From Candidatus Gottesmanbacteria bacterium UBA6580 (GTDB taxonomy: Bacteria; Patescibacteriota; Microgenomatia; UBA10105; UBA927), in NCBI GenBank assembly GCA_002433895.1, contig DJJA01000003.1, positions 175,788 to 239,787 of the forward strand: DNA of 64,000 nucleotides. The letters run 5' to 3'. Of the stretch, positions 26,350 through 34,954 are shown piece by piece (within the stretch, counting starts at the first letter, position 1; every line of letters starts with the position of its first letter). The notes below the pieces were generated by a model. It saw nothing but the letters and a program-made list of their open reading frames with translations. It did no database searches and had not been told where the DNA came from. The translations under genes were made by a program, and so were the position numbers.

Positions 26350-27852
26350 ATGAAGGACGAAGTATATGTTTATATAAGGGTTTCAACGTCGGAGCAGGCA
26401 GACGAGGGGTTTTCTATTGATAACCAAAAACGAGCCTGTAAGGAGTTTTGCGAGGCACGAGGTTACCACATAAAGCGGATGTTTGTTGAGGATGGGCGAA
26501 GCGCTAGGACTACCGAAAGACCCGCTTTACAGGAAATGCTCAAGGCCTTGGTAGATACGCCAGTTGGCGCAATTGTTATTTATAAGATTGATAGATTTGC
26601 CCGTAACGTAACCGACTTTTCAAGGCTTTATAACGAGTTTAAGACAAAGGGAATACAGCTCATATCAGTAAGCGAGGGCAACTTAAGCGAGGGGACAAGT
26701 TTAGTGCCAAACATTTTTGCCAGTGTTGCGCAATGGGAGAGCGAAGTTAATAGTCAACGAACACGCGATGCGTTAATGCAAAAGTTTAGGGAAGGCTGGC
26801 AACCAACCCCACCCCCTATTGGGTATAGGAGTGTTGGCGCTGACAGGGAACGAAAAACTTGTGAACCAGACCCATACACTGCACCGATAATACGGGAGCT
26901 ATTTGAGCTATATTCAACCGGCAACTACTCAATTTATGAGTTACAAAATTGGTTAGCCGAACGGGATATTGTTAGTAAAACTGGCACACCCATAGGTCAC
27001 AGTGTAATTGGAACAATACTTAATAATCGGTTTTATTATGGTTGGATTAGCTGGCACGGTGAGGGGAAAACGGGCAAACATATGCCAATTATTAGTAAGG
27101 ACTTATTTGATACGTGCCAATATGTATTAGCAAAACACCGTAACTTCCTAACACGTAATCGCATTCACCAGTTTTTACTCCGCGGGTTCGTACACTGTGC
27201 TGAGTGTGGCCAACGATATACCGCGGAGTGGCATTTTAAGCCTAGATTTACTAAACGAAACGGCAAGATTGCTTATTACCATTGCCCCAAGATGAACCGC
27301 AATGGTTGCCCTGCGCCATACGTGGAGGTGGGTGATCTTGAAAAGTTGGTATTCGACACTGTAAAAGGTGTGCAATTTAGCCAAGATTTTATTGATGCTG
27401 TGGTTGATAAAGCGCGTAGATTTGTTGATGACAGTAGGAAGCGTGCAGGTGGCGATATGCAAGCGTGTATTAACCAGCGCACTGCACTTGAGTTTAAGCG
27501 CAACAAACTTGAAGACGCCTTACTAGATAACACGATTGACCGTACTGTTTTTAAGCGCAAGCACGATGAAATTGAAGCGCAGATTAGGTTAATTGACGAC
27601 CGAACACGCGAGATTGAAGCACAAAGTCACGTTGACATTAAACTTGTTGAGGACGTGCTTAACTTTACCCGCGATGTAGGCAGAACATACGACGAAGCGC
27701 CTGACTTTTTGAAACGACATTTTTTACGCTTCTTTTTTGAAAAGATAATGGTAAAAGATAAGAAGATAGCGGAAGTTATTTACACACCAATAATAGCGCC
27801 GTTAGTGGCAAACCACTCGGTTATAATAAAAAACCTTATGCTCCCCCGGTAG
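26350..27852 (+). CDS. Large serine recombinase (integrase)
   Basis: YIRVSTSEQ catalytic Ser, YKIDRFAR, recombinase domain, zinc ribbon CAECG...YYHC...C, coiled coil; 3' end overlaps the tRNA. Confidence 0.96.
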   Translation: MKDEVYVYIRVSTSEQADEGFSIDNQKRACKEFCEARGYHIKRMFVEDGRSARTTERPALQEMLKALVDTPVGAIVIYKIDRFARNVTDFSRLYNEFKTKGIQLISVSEGNLSEGTSLVPNIFASVAQWESEVNSQRTRDALMQKFREGWQPTPPPIGYRSVGADRERKTCEPDPYTAPIIRELFELYSTGNYSIYELQNWLAERDIVSKTGTPIGHSVIGTILNNRFYYGWISWHGEGKTGKHMPIISKDLFDTCQYVLAKHRNFLTRNRIHQFLLRGFVHCAECGQRYTAEWHFKPRFTKRNGKIAYYHCPKMNRNGCPAPYVEVGDLEKLVFDTVKGVQFSQDFIDAVVDKARRFVDDSRKRAGGDMQACINQRTALEFKRNKLEDALLDNTIDRTVFKRKHDEIEAQIRLIDDRTREIEAQSHVDIKLVEDVLNFTRDVGRTYDEAPDFLKRHFLRFFFEKIMVKDKKIAEVIYTPIIAPLVANHSVIIKNLMLPR

Positions 27853-27912
27853 GATTCGAACCTACAACCGTCTTCTTAACAGGAAGCTGCGCTACCGTTG
27901 CGCCACAGGGGA
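27841..27912 (-). tRNA. tRNA-Asn(GTT)
   Basis: Cloverleaf: acceptor TCCCCTG/CGGGGGA, D GCGC/GCGC, anticodon loop CTGTTAA, T arm GTAGG-TTCGAAT-CCTAC; CCA not encoded. Confidence 0.95.
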
Positions 27913-27929
27913 ATGTGTTTCCTCTAAGT

Positions 27930-27964
27930 GCTACCTCCACCAGTTGGCGGAGCGCTCAGGGGAA
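27930..27964 (-). repeat. Degenerate copy of the tRNA-Asn 5' end with a palindrome in the D-loop
   Basis: TTCCCCTGAGCGC-[TCCGCCAACTGGTGGA]-GGTAGC versus tRNA TTCCCCTGTGGCGC-AAC-GGTAGC. Confidence 0.8.
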
Positions 27965-28212
27965 CGATATATTAATTTTTTAATATGCTCTCTTCCTCGA
28001 TAACTTTTAAGTTGTTTTTCTCTTTTGAGCGTCTCTTGTCTCGTGTTCACTTTTTCTTTATATATGAGTTTCCAGTCACCAGAAAACCTTGATGTATATG
28101 ATCCTTTAAACGTTTTAGAGTTGTGTAAACTTATCCGTTCCTCAATGTCTTCTGTTTGCCCGATATATATTTTATTATTCTCCCTATTATAGACAGCATA
28201 GACATAATACAT
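27931..28212 (-). CDS. Stand-alone GIY-YIG nuclease
   Basis: MYYVYAV...KIYIGQTEDIEERISLHN...YT...W.LIYKE...REKQLKS..GR. Confidence 0.9.
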   Translation of the reverse strand: MYYVYAVYNRENNKIYIGQTEDIEERISLHNSKTFKGSYTSRFSGDWKLIYKEKVNTRQETLKREKQLKSYRGREHIKKLIYRSPERSANWWR

Positions 28213-28226
28213 GGCTATATTATATC

Positions 28227-28270
28227 GCTGCGCTACCTCCGCCAGCTGGCGGAGCGCCACAGGGGAATGT
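28227..28270 (-). repeat. Copy of the tRNA-Asn 5' end with a perfect 16-nt palindrome in the D-loop
   Basis: ACATTCCCCTGTGGCGC-[TCCGCCAGCTGGCGGA]-GGTAGCGCAGC; flanks identical to the tRNA gene and its upstream ACAT. Confidence 0.88.
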
Positions 28271-28319
28271 TAAGAACAAGGGCTATTATATCACGAAATT
28301 TGTTGTATACTGATGCTAT

Positions 28320-28625
28320 ATGTCAAAGAACCCATTTTTAAACGCGTTGGCAGCAAGCGCGTATATTACGTTTATTAGTGTCTTTATGACATGGGGTACC
28401 CATTTTGCACCCAAAGAAGACACGGTGGTTGCGCCAATTGCGATAATTTCTCTCTTTACACTTTCGGCGGCAGTGATGGGATATGTATTTTGCTATACAC
28501 CACTCATGCTCTATATGGACGGCAAGAAAAAAGCGGCAGCCAATTTGTTCCTGCAGACGGTTGGCGTATTTGCCGTACTTACCGGGGTGGCCATAACATT
28601 GATGTTTACGGGAGTTATCGGATAA
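28320..28625 (+). CDS. Small three-TM membrane protein
   Basis: Three hydrophobic segments. Confidence 0.7.
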   Translation: MSKNPFLNALAASAYITFISVFMTWGTHFAPKEDTVVAPIAIISLFTLSAAVMGYVFCYTPLMLYMDGKKKAAANLFLQTVGVFAVLTGVAITLMFTGVIG

Positions 28626-28724
28626 CTATGGTTTATCCTGTTACACAGGTAGCGTGTTGTTGTACCTCACTTATGGACGGGGAGGGCATGTCGTAGTGGC
28701 GTAAAAACATATACCGACATATCG

Positions 28725-28749
28725 AACCCCGCCAAAGCGGGGTTTTTTT
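28725..28749 (+). terminator. Intrinsic terminator
   Basis: AACCCCGC-CAAA-GCGGGGTT followed by a T run. Confidence 0.75.
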
Positions 28750-28786
28750 GTGGCAAAAATTATGAATGAAAGGAGGTGGGTGATAT

Positions 28787-29023
28787 ATGGCACTGCAGGA
28801 TGAAATTGAGCGGTTAGTAAATCAGTACGGTGGTGTTGGGAAAGCGAACCAGCACGATCAGGAAAAGGTGCGGCAAATATTGGAACCGGTAGTCAGGGGC
28901 AGATCGAAAACACGTATCCGCGCGTGGCGAGACGGATTGTGGGCACGGAGTAGAGAGCACAATGACCGGTATGCCGATTTAGCGGAAGCGCTGGACAAAA
29001 TGGTTATACCGAGGCGGAAATAA
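28787..29023 (+). CDS. Hypothetical protein
   Basis: 78 aa with strong SD AAGGAGGTG. Confidence 0.6.
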   Translation: MALQDEIERLVNQYGGVGKANQHDQEKVRQILEPVVRGRSKTRIRAWRDGLWARSREHNDRYADLAEALDKMVIPRRK

Positions 29024-29032
29024 ATGGGGAGT

Positions 29033-29473
29033 TTATACCCATCTGCGGATGTGTTTGGTATAGGACTTATATGATTTACCAAACACTTTTGTCAGCATAT
29101 CTTCTTCAAACGGAATGATCAGAAGGCTGGTAAACGCAAAAAATATTACCGGCCCCACAAATGCCAATACGTTGGCAAATAGGAGCGCAGTACCTATGGA
29201 GATAAGCAGAAATCCGAGATAAATAGGGTTTCTGCTCCAGCTGTAGGGGCCGGTGGAAACCAGTTTGGATGGTTTGCCCCGGGGGTGTGTGGTGGTTTTG
29301 TTGCGCGTAAGTGTGCTGCCAGACCAGAGTACAAGAACTATTCCCGCGGGAACGAGGGCAAGCCCAAGGATATTAAAAGACGCATCGTTAAATGCAAGCC
29401 CGGGAAACATGCTGCTTACGAGATACGATATGGCTATGGCGACAAGAAGGAGAAGTGGTGGTGGTATGAACAT
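29033..29473 (-). CDS. Isoprenylcysteine carboxyl methyltransferase/PEMT-family membrane protein
   Basis: LVSTGPYSWSRNPIYLG...IPFEEDML...FG..Y..Y...RRW. Confidence 0.88.
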   Translation of the reverse strand: MFIPPPLLLLVAIAISYLVSSMFPGLAFNDASFNILGLALVPAGIVLVLWSGSTLTRNKTTTHPRGKPSKLVSTGPYSWSRNPIYLGFLLISIGTALLFANVLAFVGPVIFFAFTSLLIIPFEEDMLTKVFGKSYKSYTKHIRRWV

Positions 29474-29544
29474 GTATCTATCATGACACAGAAGAAGCCT
29501 TGCTCTCAAGACACAAAAACGCCAATATAATAAGAGGTGAGCTC

Positions 29545-30708
29545 ATGAAAAAGAAACGTACTTCGAAATTTGACCCCGTCCATGTTGTGTGGGGTTTTGT
29601 GATTGTTGGTCTTGCCTGTTTTGCTATCGCCGCGGTGTGGCGGCTTGTGCAGGTGATGCCAAAAGAAAACGCGGCAGAACGGTTGCAGGGGAGTCTTGTG
29701 CGTCAAGGTAAGTGGTTTGTCAGAAACCAGACGGAGGAGGGGGACTTCGTGTACGAACGGATCTCTGCTACCGGTGAGGTGAAAGAAGGAAATAATATTG
29801 TCCGTCAGGCCGGCGCGCTGTATGGGTTAGGTCAGTTGTATGCACACACGAAAGATCCTGAAATTGCACGGACGCTGGAAAAAGGGCTCGCGTATTTCCG
29901 TGGACTTACCGCAACTATTAGCGCGGAGGCAAGCGCCATCACCCACAACGACGCAACCCAAACCAATACGACCGCGCTTCTGGTACTTGGTCTCGTTGAA
30001 TACATGGAGGCCGATGAAGCGTTGCAGACGACAGACAATTTAGAATATCTTGCGCGGTTATCTAATTATCTCGTATCCACCCAAACTTCAAGCGGTGCGT
30101 ATATCAACACGTATGTGCCGACACCAACTGAATCCGACTACAACAACGGTGAAACGATGTACGCCCTGATACGGAGCTACCGGTTGACGCGAAAACAGTC
30201 TTATTTGTTATCCGTTAAACGGATGGCAAATTACGCGATGTTCCATTACGGCAAGCTCGACTTTAACTCATCATTTTTTAGTTGGGGCATGGCGGGATTT
30301 GCGCATCTGTACCGGGTGGAACCGAATGAAAAATATTGGCAGTTTATGCAGGCGTACGCAGGGAAATATATGACAAGCAGGGGAAACGCGTATGACCAAT
30401 ATTTGTCAGGGAAAACCAAGGAGGCAATCGCCCCCCATGCTGCAGTATTTTTGGAAGGTGTGAGTCATATTGCCTGGATAGCAAAGGAAAAGGACGCGTC
30501 ACTCAGTCATACGCTCACCCGGCACACGCAGCGCGTGCTCCAGTTTCTCCTTACGTATGAGATTGGTGGCCCGTACGGGGCATTTTTGTCGGAAAATGAC
30601 GATGTCATCGGGGCGGTGTGCGCTACAATTGCGTGCGGGACAACACGCATAGATTTTTTGCAGCACAATATGTCTGCAATCATCCTCTATTTTAGATTTT
30701 TGCAGTAG
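29545..30708 (+). CDS. Membrane-anchored alpha/alpha-toroid-like protein of unknown function
   Basis: N-terminal TM; Q.EEGDFVY, NIVRQAGALYGL, YNNGETMYAL, RIDFLQHNMSA. Confidence 0.6.
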   Translation: MKKKRTSKFDPVHVVWGFVIVGLACFAIAAVWRLVQVMPKENAAERLQGSLVRQGKWFVRNQTEEGDFVYERISATGEVKEGNNIVRQAGALYGLGQLYAHTKDPEIARTLEKGLAYFRGLTATISAEASAITHNDATQTNTTALLVLGLVEYMEADEALQTTDNLEYLARLSNYLVSTQTSSGAYINTYVPTPTESDYNNGETMYALIRSYRLTRKQSYLLSVKRMANYAMFHYGKLDFNSSFFSWGMAGFAHLYRVEPNEKYWQFMQAYAGKYMTSRGNAYDQYLSGKTKEAIAPHAAVFLEGVSHIAWIAKEKDASLSHTLTRHTQRVLQFLLTYEIGGPYGAFLSENDDVIGAVCATIACGTTRIDFLQHNMSAIILYFRFLQ

Positions 30709-31223
30709 TCGAGTGCTTCTTGACTTGCGGGATCAACAAGTAGTGTTGTTGCCTGCTCATATGATTTCCATCCGAATTGGGAAAATTCAATGGTGAGAAG
30801 TGTTGGGTTAGGAAGGAATACGTGTTCGTCAACCGGTATAAAGTGCCATAAGTCATAATGCCATTCACACGTTTGCCGCTCGGGGTGTTCGATTTCTGTG
30901 AGAGTAGCAAATTGTGGTGGGGCGACCGTGTCCGGGTCTAGCGTTATACCCCATTCTTCTTTCGCTTCGCGGATTACTGTCACCATTGGTGATTCGCCGG
31001 GGTCCATGTGTCCGCCATTGAAAAGCCAGAGTCCTGATTTTTTATGAAGGCCGATGAATACTTTGCGTGCTGCCGGGTCGTAGGCTGCAAAATACACACA
31101 GAGGTGAGATGTGGGATTTTCGCTTCGGGTCAGGTGTCCTTCCTCCAGGCGATTGAGGAACTTGAGCTTCACCACATCCTTGCCCGCAGCTTGTTGGACT
31201 AAGGTGATGAGATAGTCATTCAT
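30687..31223 (-). CDS. NUDIX hydrolase
   Basis: GGHMDPGESPMVTVIREAKEEWGI Nudix box. Confidence 0.9.
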   Translation of the reverse strand: MNDYLITLVQQAAGKDVVKLKFLNRLEEGHLTRSENPTSHLCVYFAAYDPAARKVFIGLHKKSGLWLFNGGHMDPGESPMVTVIREAKEEWGITLDPDTVAPPQFATLTEIEHPERQTCEWHYDLWHFIPVDEHVFLPNPTLLTIEFSQFGWKSYEQATTLLVDPASQEALDYCKNLK

Positions 31224-32152
31224 GTGATGGCAGTGAGTATGATTTGTTGTACTTTTTGACGTTTAATTGCCGGAGTGAAGTGACCATAAGGGAATGCTTT
31301 GAAGGAAACGCCTTTTTGGTTCCAAAACTTGCTCGCGTCGGAATACGGTACAATGTTGTCGTATATCCCTAGCACCGGGGTAATGCGTTTGGCGAGCGAT
31401 GGTTTGAGCGCCCTCGGTAGGTCAAAGCTCCGTAAATATGACGCGCGGGTTCGCAGCGTCCGCCAATTGCTAATGCCGTATTTATATGAGCTTCCCAAAA
31501 AAATTTTACCGACATTGGGGTACGCCGCCAGCGGCACATAGTAATCAGCAGAGCCAAAAAAGTATGCATGCATAGTGGTGATGATGCCGCCCATAGAAGC
31601 ACCGCTTATTACTATTTTTGTTTTGGAGTGCGCGCGATGATAATTAACGATCTCCTGTGCGGCAAGGGTAGAGCCCGCGAAAGTAAGCTGGTGGTGAAGA
31701 AATGTATCAACACACTCGCGTAAAAATTCATTTGTGGAGTTGTGTTTTTGTGCTTTAATGAGAAACACATTGCAGCGTGAAGCTATCCTGTCGCCCAGGA
31801 TTACATTAAAGGCAAATGCATGATTTGTTTCCCCTGAGGGATGATGGAAAACAACCGATGGCTTTGTGGGATCGAATGGGTGACGCAGATATATATGTGT
31901 ATGTCGTATTTCATTGGTATACGTGCAGGCAAGCTCCCAGTGAAGGGGTGTTTTTCGAATACGTTTTGTTTTTACATTGCGTAAAATTGTAGAGAACGCT
32001 GCCGGTGTGTATCCGGGTGGATCGTTGCGATAGTATTTGAGGGGGGTAACAAGTAGCGCAATTGCACGGAACGATCGGAATATCGATTCTAGGCTGTTAA
32101 GTAAAACCACCATAGCCCTACCGCTGTATAAGTTTTCCGTTTGCGTCGACAC
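31220..32152 (-). CDS. Alpha/beta hydrolase
   Basis: GASMGG nucleophile elbow, GIYDNIV, GH; start uncertain. Confidence 0.75.
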   Translation of the reverse strand: MSTQTENLYSGRAMVVLLNSLESIFRSFRAIALLVTPLKYYRNDPPGYTPAAFSTILRNVKTKRIRKTPLHWELACTYTNEIRHTHIYLRHPFDPTKPSVVFHHPSGETNHAFAFNVILGDRIASRCNVFLIKAQKHNSTNEFLRECVDTFLHHQLTFAGSTLAAQEIVNYHRAHSKTKIVISGASMGGIITTMHAYFFGSADYYVPLAAYPNVGKIFLGSSYKYGISNWRTLRTRASYLRSFDLPRALKPSLAKRITPVLGIYDNIVPYSDASKFWNQKGVSFKAFPYGHFTPAIKRQKVQQIILTAIT

Positions 32153-32582
32153 ACGCTTCGACCATGGATACGGGGAAATTGTACGGCGCTATTTTTTCAC
32201 AGGAGATAGTGCCGTTGCCGTCATCGACGATAATCCAACCGCCGGACTCTTTGTATGCCAGGAACCATCCACCACCCATTTCACCTTTGAATTTGGTTAC
32301 GCCCCAGGCATGCATTGCGGTTTTTTGGCTTACTTCGAGTTCTACATCCGAGGGCTGCTTTCCGTATTTGAGCGCCATGGCTTTACGGATGCTTTCGGTG
32401 TCATTAATGGCGGGAGGAGTGGTGGGTGAAGCGGTTGTGATTGTTTCCGGAGATATTTCCGGTGTTATCGCTGCCGTAGGCGTGGGCGTTGGCGATGTCG
32501 TCGGGAAGAATGTTTTTGCCTGACTACCGGCAATAAAAAGCGCAACACCGAGAAGAACAAAAAATCCGATTTTATAGAACAT
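32118..32582 (-). CDS. Exported protein with Thr/Pro-rich linker
   Basis: N-terminal anchor, TP repeats, C-terminal domain with a Cys pair. Confidence 0.7.
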   Translation of the reverse strand: MFYKIGFFVLLGVALFIAGSQAKTFFPTTSPTPTPTAAITPEISPETITTASPTTPPAINDTESIRKAMALKYGKQPSDVELEVSQKTAMHAWGVTKFKGEMGGGWFLAYKESGGWIIVDDGNGTISCEKIAPYNFPVSMVEACVDANGKLIQR

Positions 32583-32663
32583 AGACGATTATTTCTATCA
32601 TACTGCCAGCATGTTGCCTGTGTCTATATAACCGTCGATGAATGAGCGAAGAAAGGGGTGAAA

Positions 32664-33080
32664 TTATATTTTTATCCGGTAGCGCTTGATATTTGTTTTG
32701 CCGGATTTTAATTGCGTTTCTATAATAAGCGTGGCTTTCTGGATACCTCGATGCGGTGTGCACACTCCATGACTACAGGTGCCAAAGTAGAGGTCGCGGG
32801 AGTCAGTGACTCCTGATGGAACGAGAGAACCCATCGCTCCCTGTTCGATGCCGTTTGCGGTGTAGGAAAGCGTATAGGTGATACGCGATACATTCGTAAG
32901 ATTTACGAACGTGACCACAACACTATTGGTATTCCTGGAGAGCTTTGCTTTTGAATAACCACTCGTTACTGCCGAAGTGCTTTTGCTGCTCGTCGCGCGC
33001 ACCCGTGGCTTTGCGGCTTCAGCGTGGGGGGCAATTATTGTAAGCGATAGGGATACCAAGAAGAGTACAATAAACTTCAT
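32664..33080 (-). CDS. Secreted hypothetical protein
   Basis: Signal peptide (AEA); LYFGTCSHGVCTPH. Confidence 0.7.
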   Translation of the reverse strand: MKFIVLFLVSLSLTIIAPHAEAAKPRVRATSSKSTSAVTSGYSKAKLSRNTNSVVVTFVNLTNVSRITYTLSYTANGIEQGAMGSLVPSGVTDSRDLYFGTCSHGVCTPHRGIQKATLIIETQLKSGKTNIKRYRIKI

Positions 33081-33129
33081 AAAACGATTATAGCAAGAAA
33101 TATTGTTGCGTGATACACTTTGAGGTGAA

Positions 33130-33765
33130 ATGAAGCGGCCGATTGTTATTATAATTTTCGCAGGTCTACTGTTGGGACTTACTGGAGCGGGAGTGTATCT
33201 CTATTTTTCCCGAAACACATCAGATTCGCTTATCAGTCCTGGCGGTGAGCCGACGCCCACTATAGCGCCTACCTTAGCGTCGTGGGATGATGCCGCGGGA
33301 TTTACTATGCAATACCCCGAAGGGCTAACGGTAAATAAACACGACGAAGACAAAGTAAATTACGCACGTGTGGATTTAACGGACGCGGCACATCCCGGTG
33401 GGTTAACGGTGTGGGTCACCGATTTACCCAAGGGCGTGACGGATACCGTTTCCTGGGGTAAAAAAGCGGCAACGCCATCATCAGCGATTTCTTTTGATAC
33501 CACGTTGGGGGATCAGCCAGCGCAAAAAGTTTTAATCGCAGATACGCCAAAAAAGGTGTTAGTCGGAACAGTGTGGGATGGGGTGTTGTGGTATATCGAA
33601 GCAAATCTTGCTGATGAAACGTACTGGCAGCAGGTGTTTGATACGGTCACGAATTCATTTGCGTTTGTGCCATTGGCAGAGACGCCCGCGGGAAGTGATG
33701 CCGGTTCTGGTGCAGGGAGCGTCACCACAGAGCAGGCGTTTGATGAAGAAGAAGTCCTCGAGTAA
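33130..33765 (+). CDS. Membrane-anchored protein (PsbP/Mog1-like by pattern)
   Basis: TM anchor; GFTMQYPEG...VFDTVTNSFAF; acidic tail. Confidence 0.65.
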   Translation: MKRPIVIIIFAGLLLGLTGAGVYLYFSRNTSDSLISPGGEPTPTIAPTLASWDDAAGFTMQYPEGLTVNKHDEDKVNYARVDLTDAAHPGGLTVWVTDLPKGVTDTVSWGKKAATPSSAISFDTTLGDQPAQKVLIADTPKKVLVGTVWDGVLWYIEANLADETYWQQVFDTVTNSFAFVPLAETPAGSDAGSGAGSVTTEQAFDEEEVLE

Positions 33766-33964
33766 CCCCGGTAAACAACAGGGAATAACTTCATTAACGG
33801 AGCCTAGTGAAGGCATAAAAGTGGAAACCACGCGATGCAGTATGGTATACTCACGTAGTCCTGGGAACAAAGTGGTGACAACGTCCAGTTCTGGAGAGTC
33901 TTCTTGTACGATTTCTCTTAGGCAGGGTGTCTCCTTCAAGACCTAAGGGGAAAGGAATTCTACT

Positions 33965-34231
33965 ATGGCAATCAATCTATTCGTAGGCAATTTGCCCTAC
34001 AACATGACGAACGATGATTTGGCGCAAACTTTTGCCCAAGCCGGAACCGTCGTGTCTGCAAAAGTCATTTCTGACAAATATTCCGGCCGCTCACGCGGTT
34101 TTGGATTTGTGGAAATGTCTTCCGATGAAGAGAGCAAGAAAGCGATCGAGATGTTCAACGGCAAGGATGTCAATGGACGCCCATTAGTCGTAAACGAAGC
34201 TCGACCACGTGAAGAAAGACCAAGAGAGTAA
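33965..34231 (+). CDS. RRM-domain RNA-binding protein
   Basis: RNP2 LFVGNL and RNP1 RGFGFVEM. Confidence 0.95.
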   Translation: MAINLFVGNLPYNMTNDDLAQTFAQAGTVVSAKVISDKYSGRSRGFGFVEMSSDEESKKAIEMFNGKDVNGRPLVVNEARPREERPRE

Positions 34232-34254
34232 CTTTTGATACGGATATTAACAAT

Positions 34255-34284
34255 AATCCAGCCTCGAAAGAGGCTGGATTTTTT
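34255..34284 (+). terminator. Intrinsic terminator
   Basis: AATCCAGCCTC-GAAA-GAGGCTGGATT followed by a T run. Confidence 0.85.
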
Positions 34285-34425
34285 GGTGGATGGAGTGCTC
34301 CATTTGTCTCAAATACGGGTTTTTGTTACCATGTCGCTATAAATAGCATACATTCAGCACAAAGCGGTTTGCGAGTGCATAGCAAATAGTAACGAGATAA
34401 TTGTCCAAAAGGAGGTGAGACAAGC

Positions 34426-34902
34426 ATGAATAAAGTAGTCATTGGAGTTGCAGTAGTCGTAGTTGGTGGTGTTATCGGATGGTATTTTTTCCGTAATCAA
34501 CCGAAATTACCAGGAATGAAAATCGGTACCGAAAATATTACACCAGCGCCATCGGGAGCGTCCGGCGGCGATGTTGTTATCACCGAAGAACAAATAGGCG
34601 CGGGCAACCAAAAAGGCGGCGCTATAGGGGAAGTCGTTGTGGTTTACACCGATAGTGGCTACCAACCAAAAGAAATTACGGTAAAAAAAGGAACGAAAGT
34701 GACCTTTACCAACGAAAGCAGCGCCGGTATGTGGACAGCGTCAGGTCAGCACCCAACACACCAGCTGCTGCCCGGGTTTGATCAGCTCAAGAGTGTCAAT
34801 AAAGGCGGTTCATATGTATATACGTTTGAAAAAGTCGGAACGTGGAAATATCACAATCACGTTTCCCCTGAGGTTACTGGGACTGTAATCGTAAAAGAAT
34901 AA
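34426..34902 (+). CDS. Membrane-anchored cupredoxin-domain protein
   Basis: GYQPKEITVKKGTKVTFTN...HPTH...YTFEKVGTWKYHNH...GTVIV. Confidence 0.85.
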   Translation: MNKVVIGVAVVVVGGVIGWYFFRNQPKLPGMKIGTENITPAPSGASGGDVVITEEQIGAGNQKGGAIGEVVVVYTDSGYQPKEITVKKGTKVTFTNESSAGMWTASGQHPTHQLLPGFDQLKSVNKGGSYVYTFEKVGTWKYHNHVSPEVTGTVIVKE

Positions 34903-34923
34903 GAATGGATACAGTTGATGAAT

Positions 34924-34952
34924 AAAAAGCCCTTGGATTCCAGGGGCTTTTT
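34924..34952. terminator. Bidirectional terminator
   Basis: AAAAAGCCCTTGG-ATT-CCAGGGGCTTTTT between convergent genes. Confidence 0.8.
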
Positions 34953-34954
34953 CG

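Larger units (their letters stand above)
15960..27845. mobile_element. Serine-integrase element (phage-satellite/PICI-like defence island) at the tRNA-Asn 3' end
   Basis: Integrase abutting the tRNA, direct-repeat core, AT-rich, repressor + Rep-like + TerS-like genes, R-M and CBASS cargo, no recognisable capsid, tail or conjugation genes. Confidence 0.85.

Noticed and set aside
28213-28260. N-terminal extension of the GIY-YIG ORF (MALRQLAEVAQR...)
   Set aside because: It is translated tRNA-derived repeat; ATG 28212 with TATAAT 6 nt upstream is the better start.
33766-33964. Structured ncRNA or thermosensor upstream of the RRM gene
   Set aside because: A long 5' UTR is plausible, but I could not identify a convincing fold or known motif.
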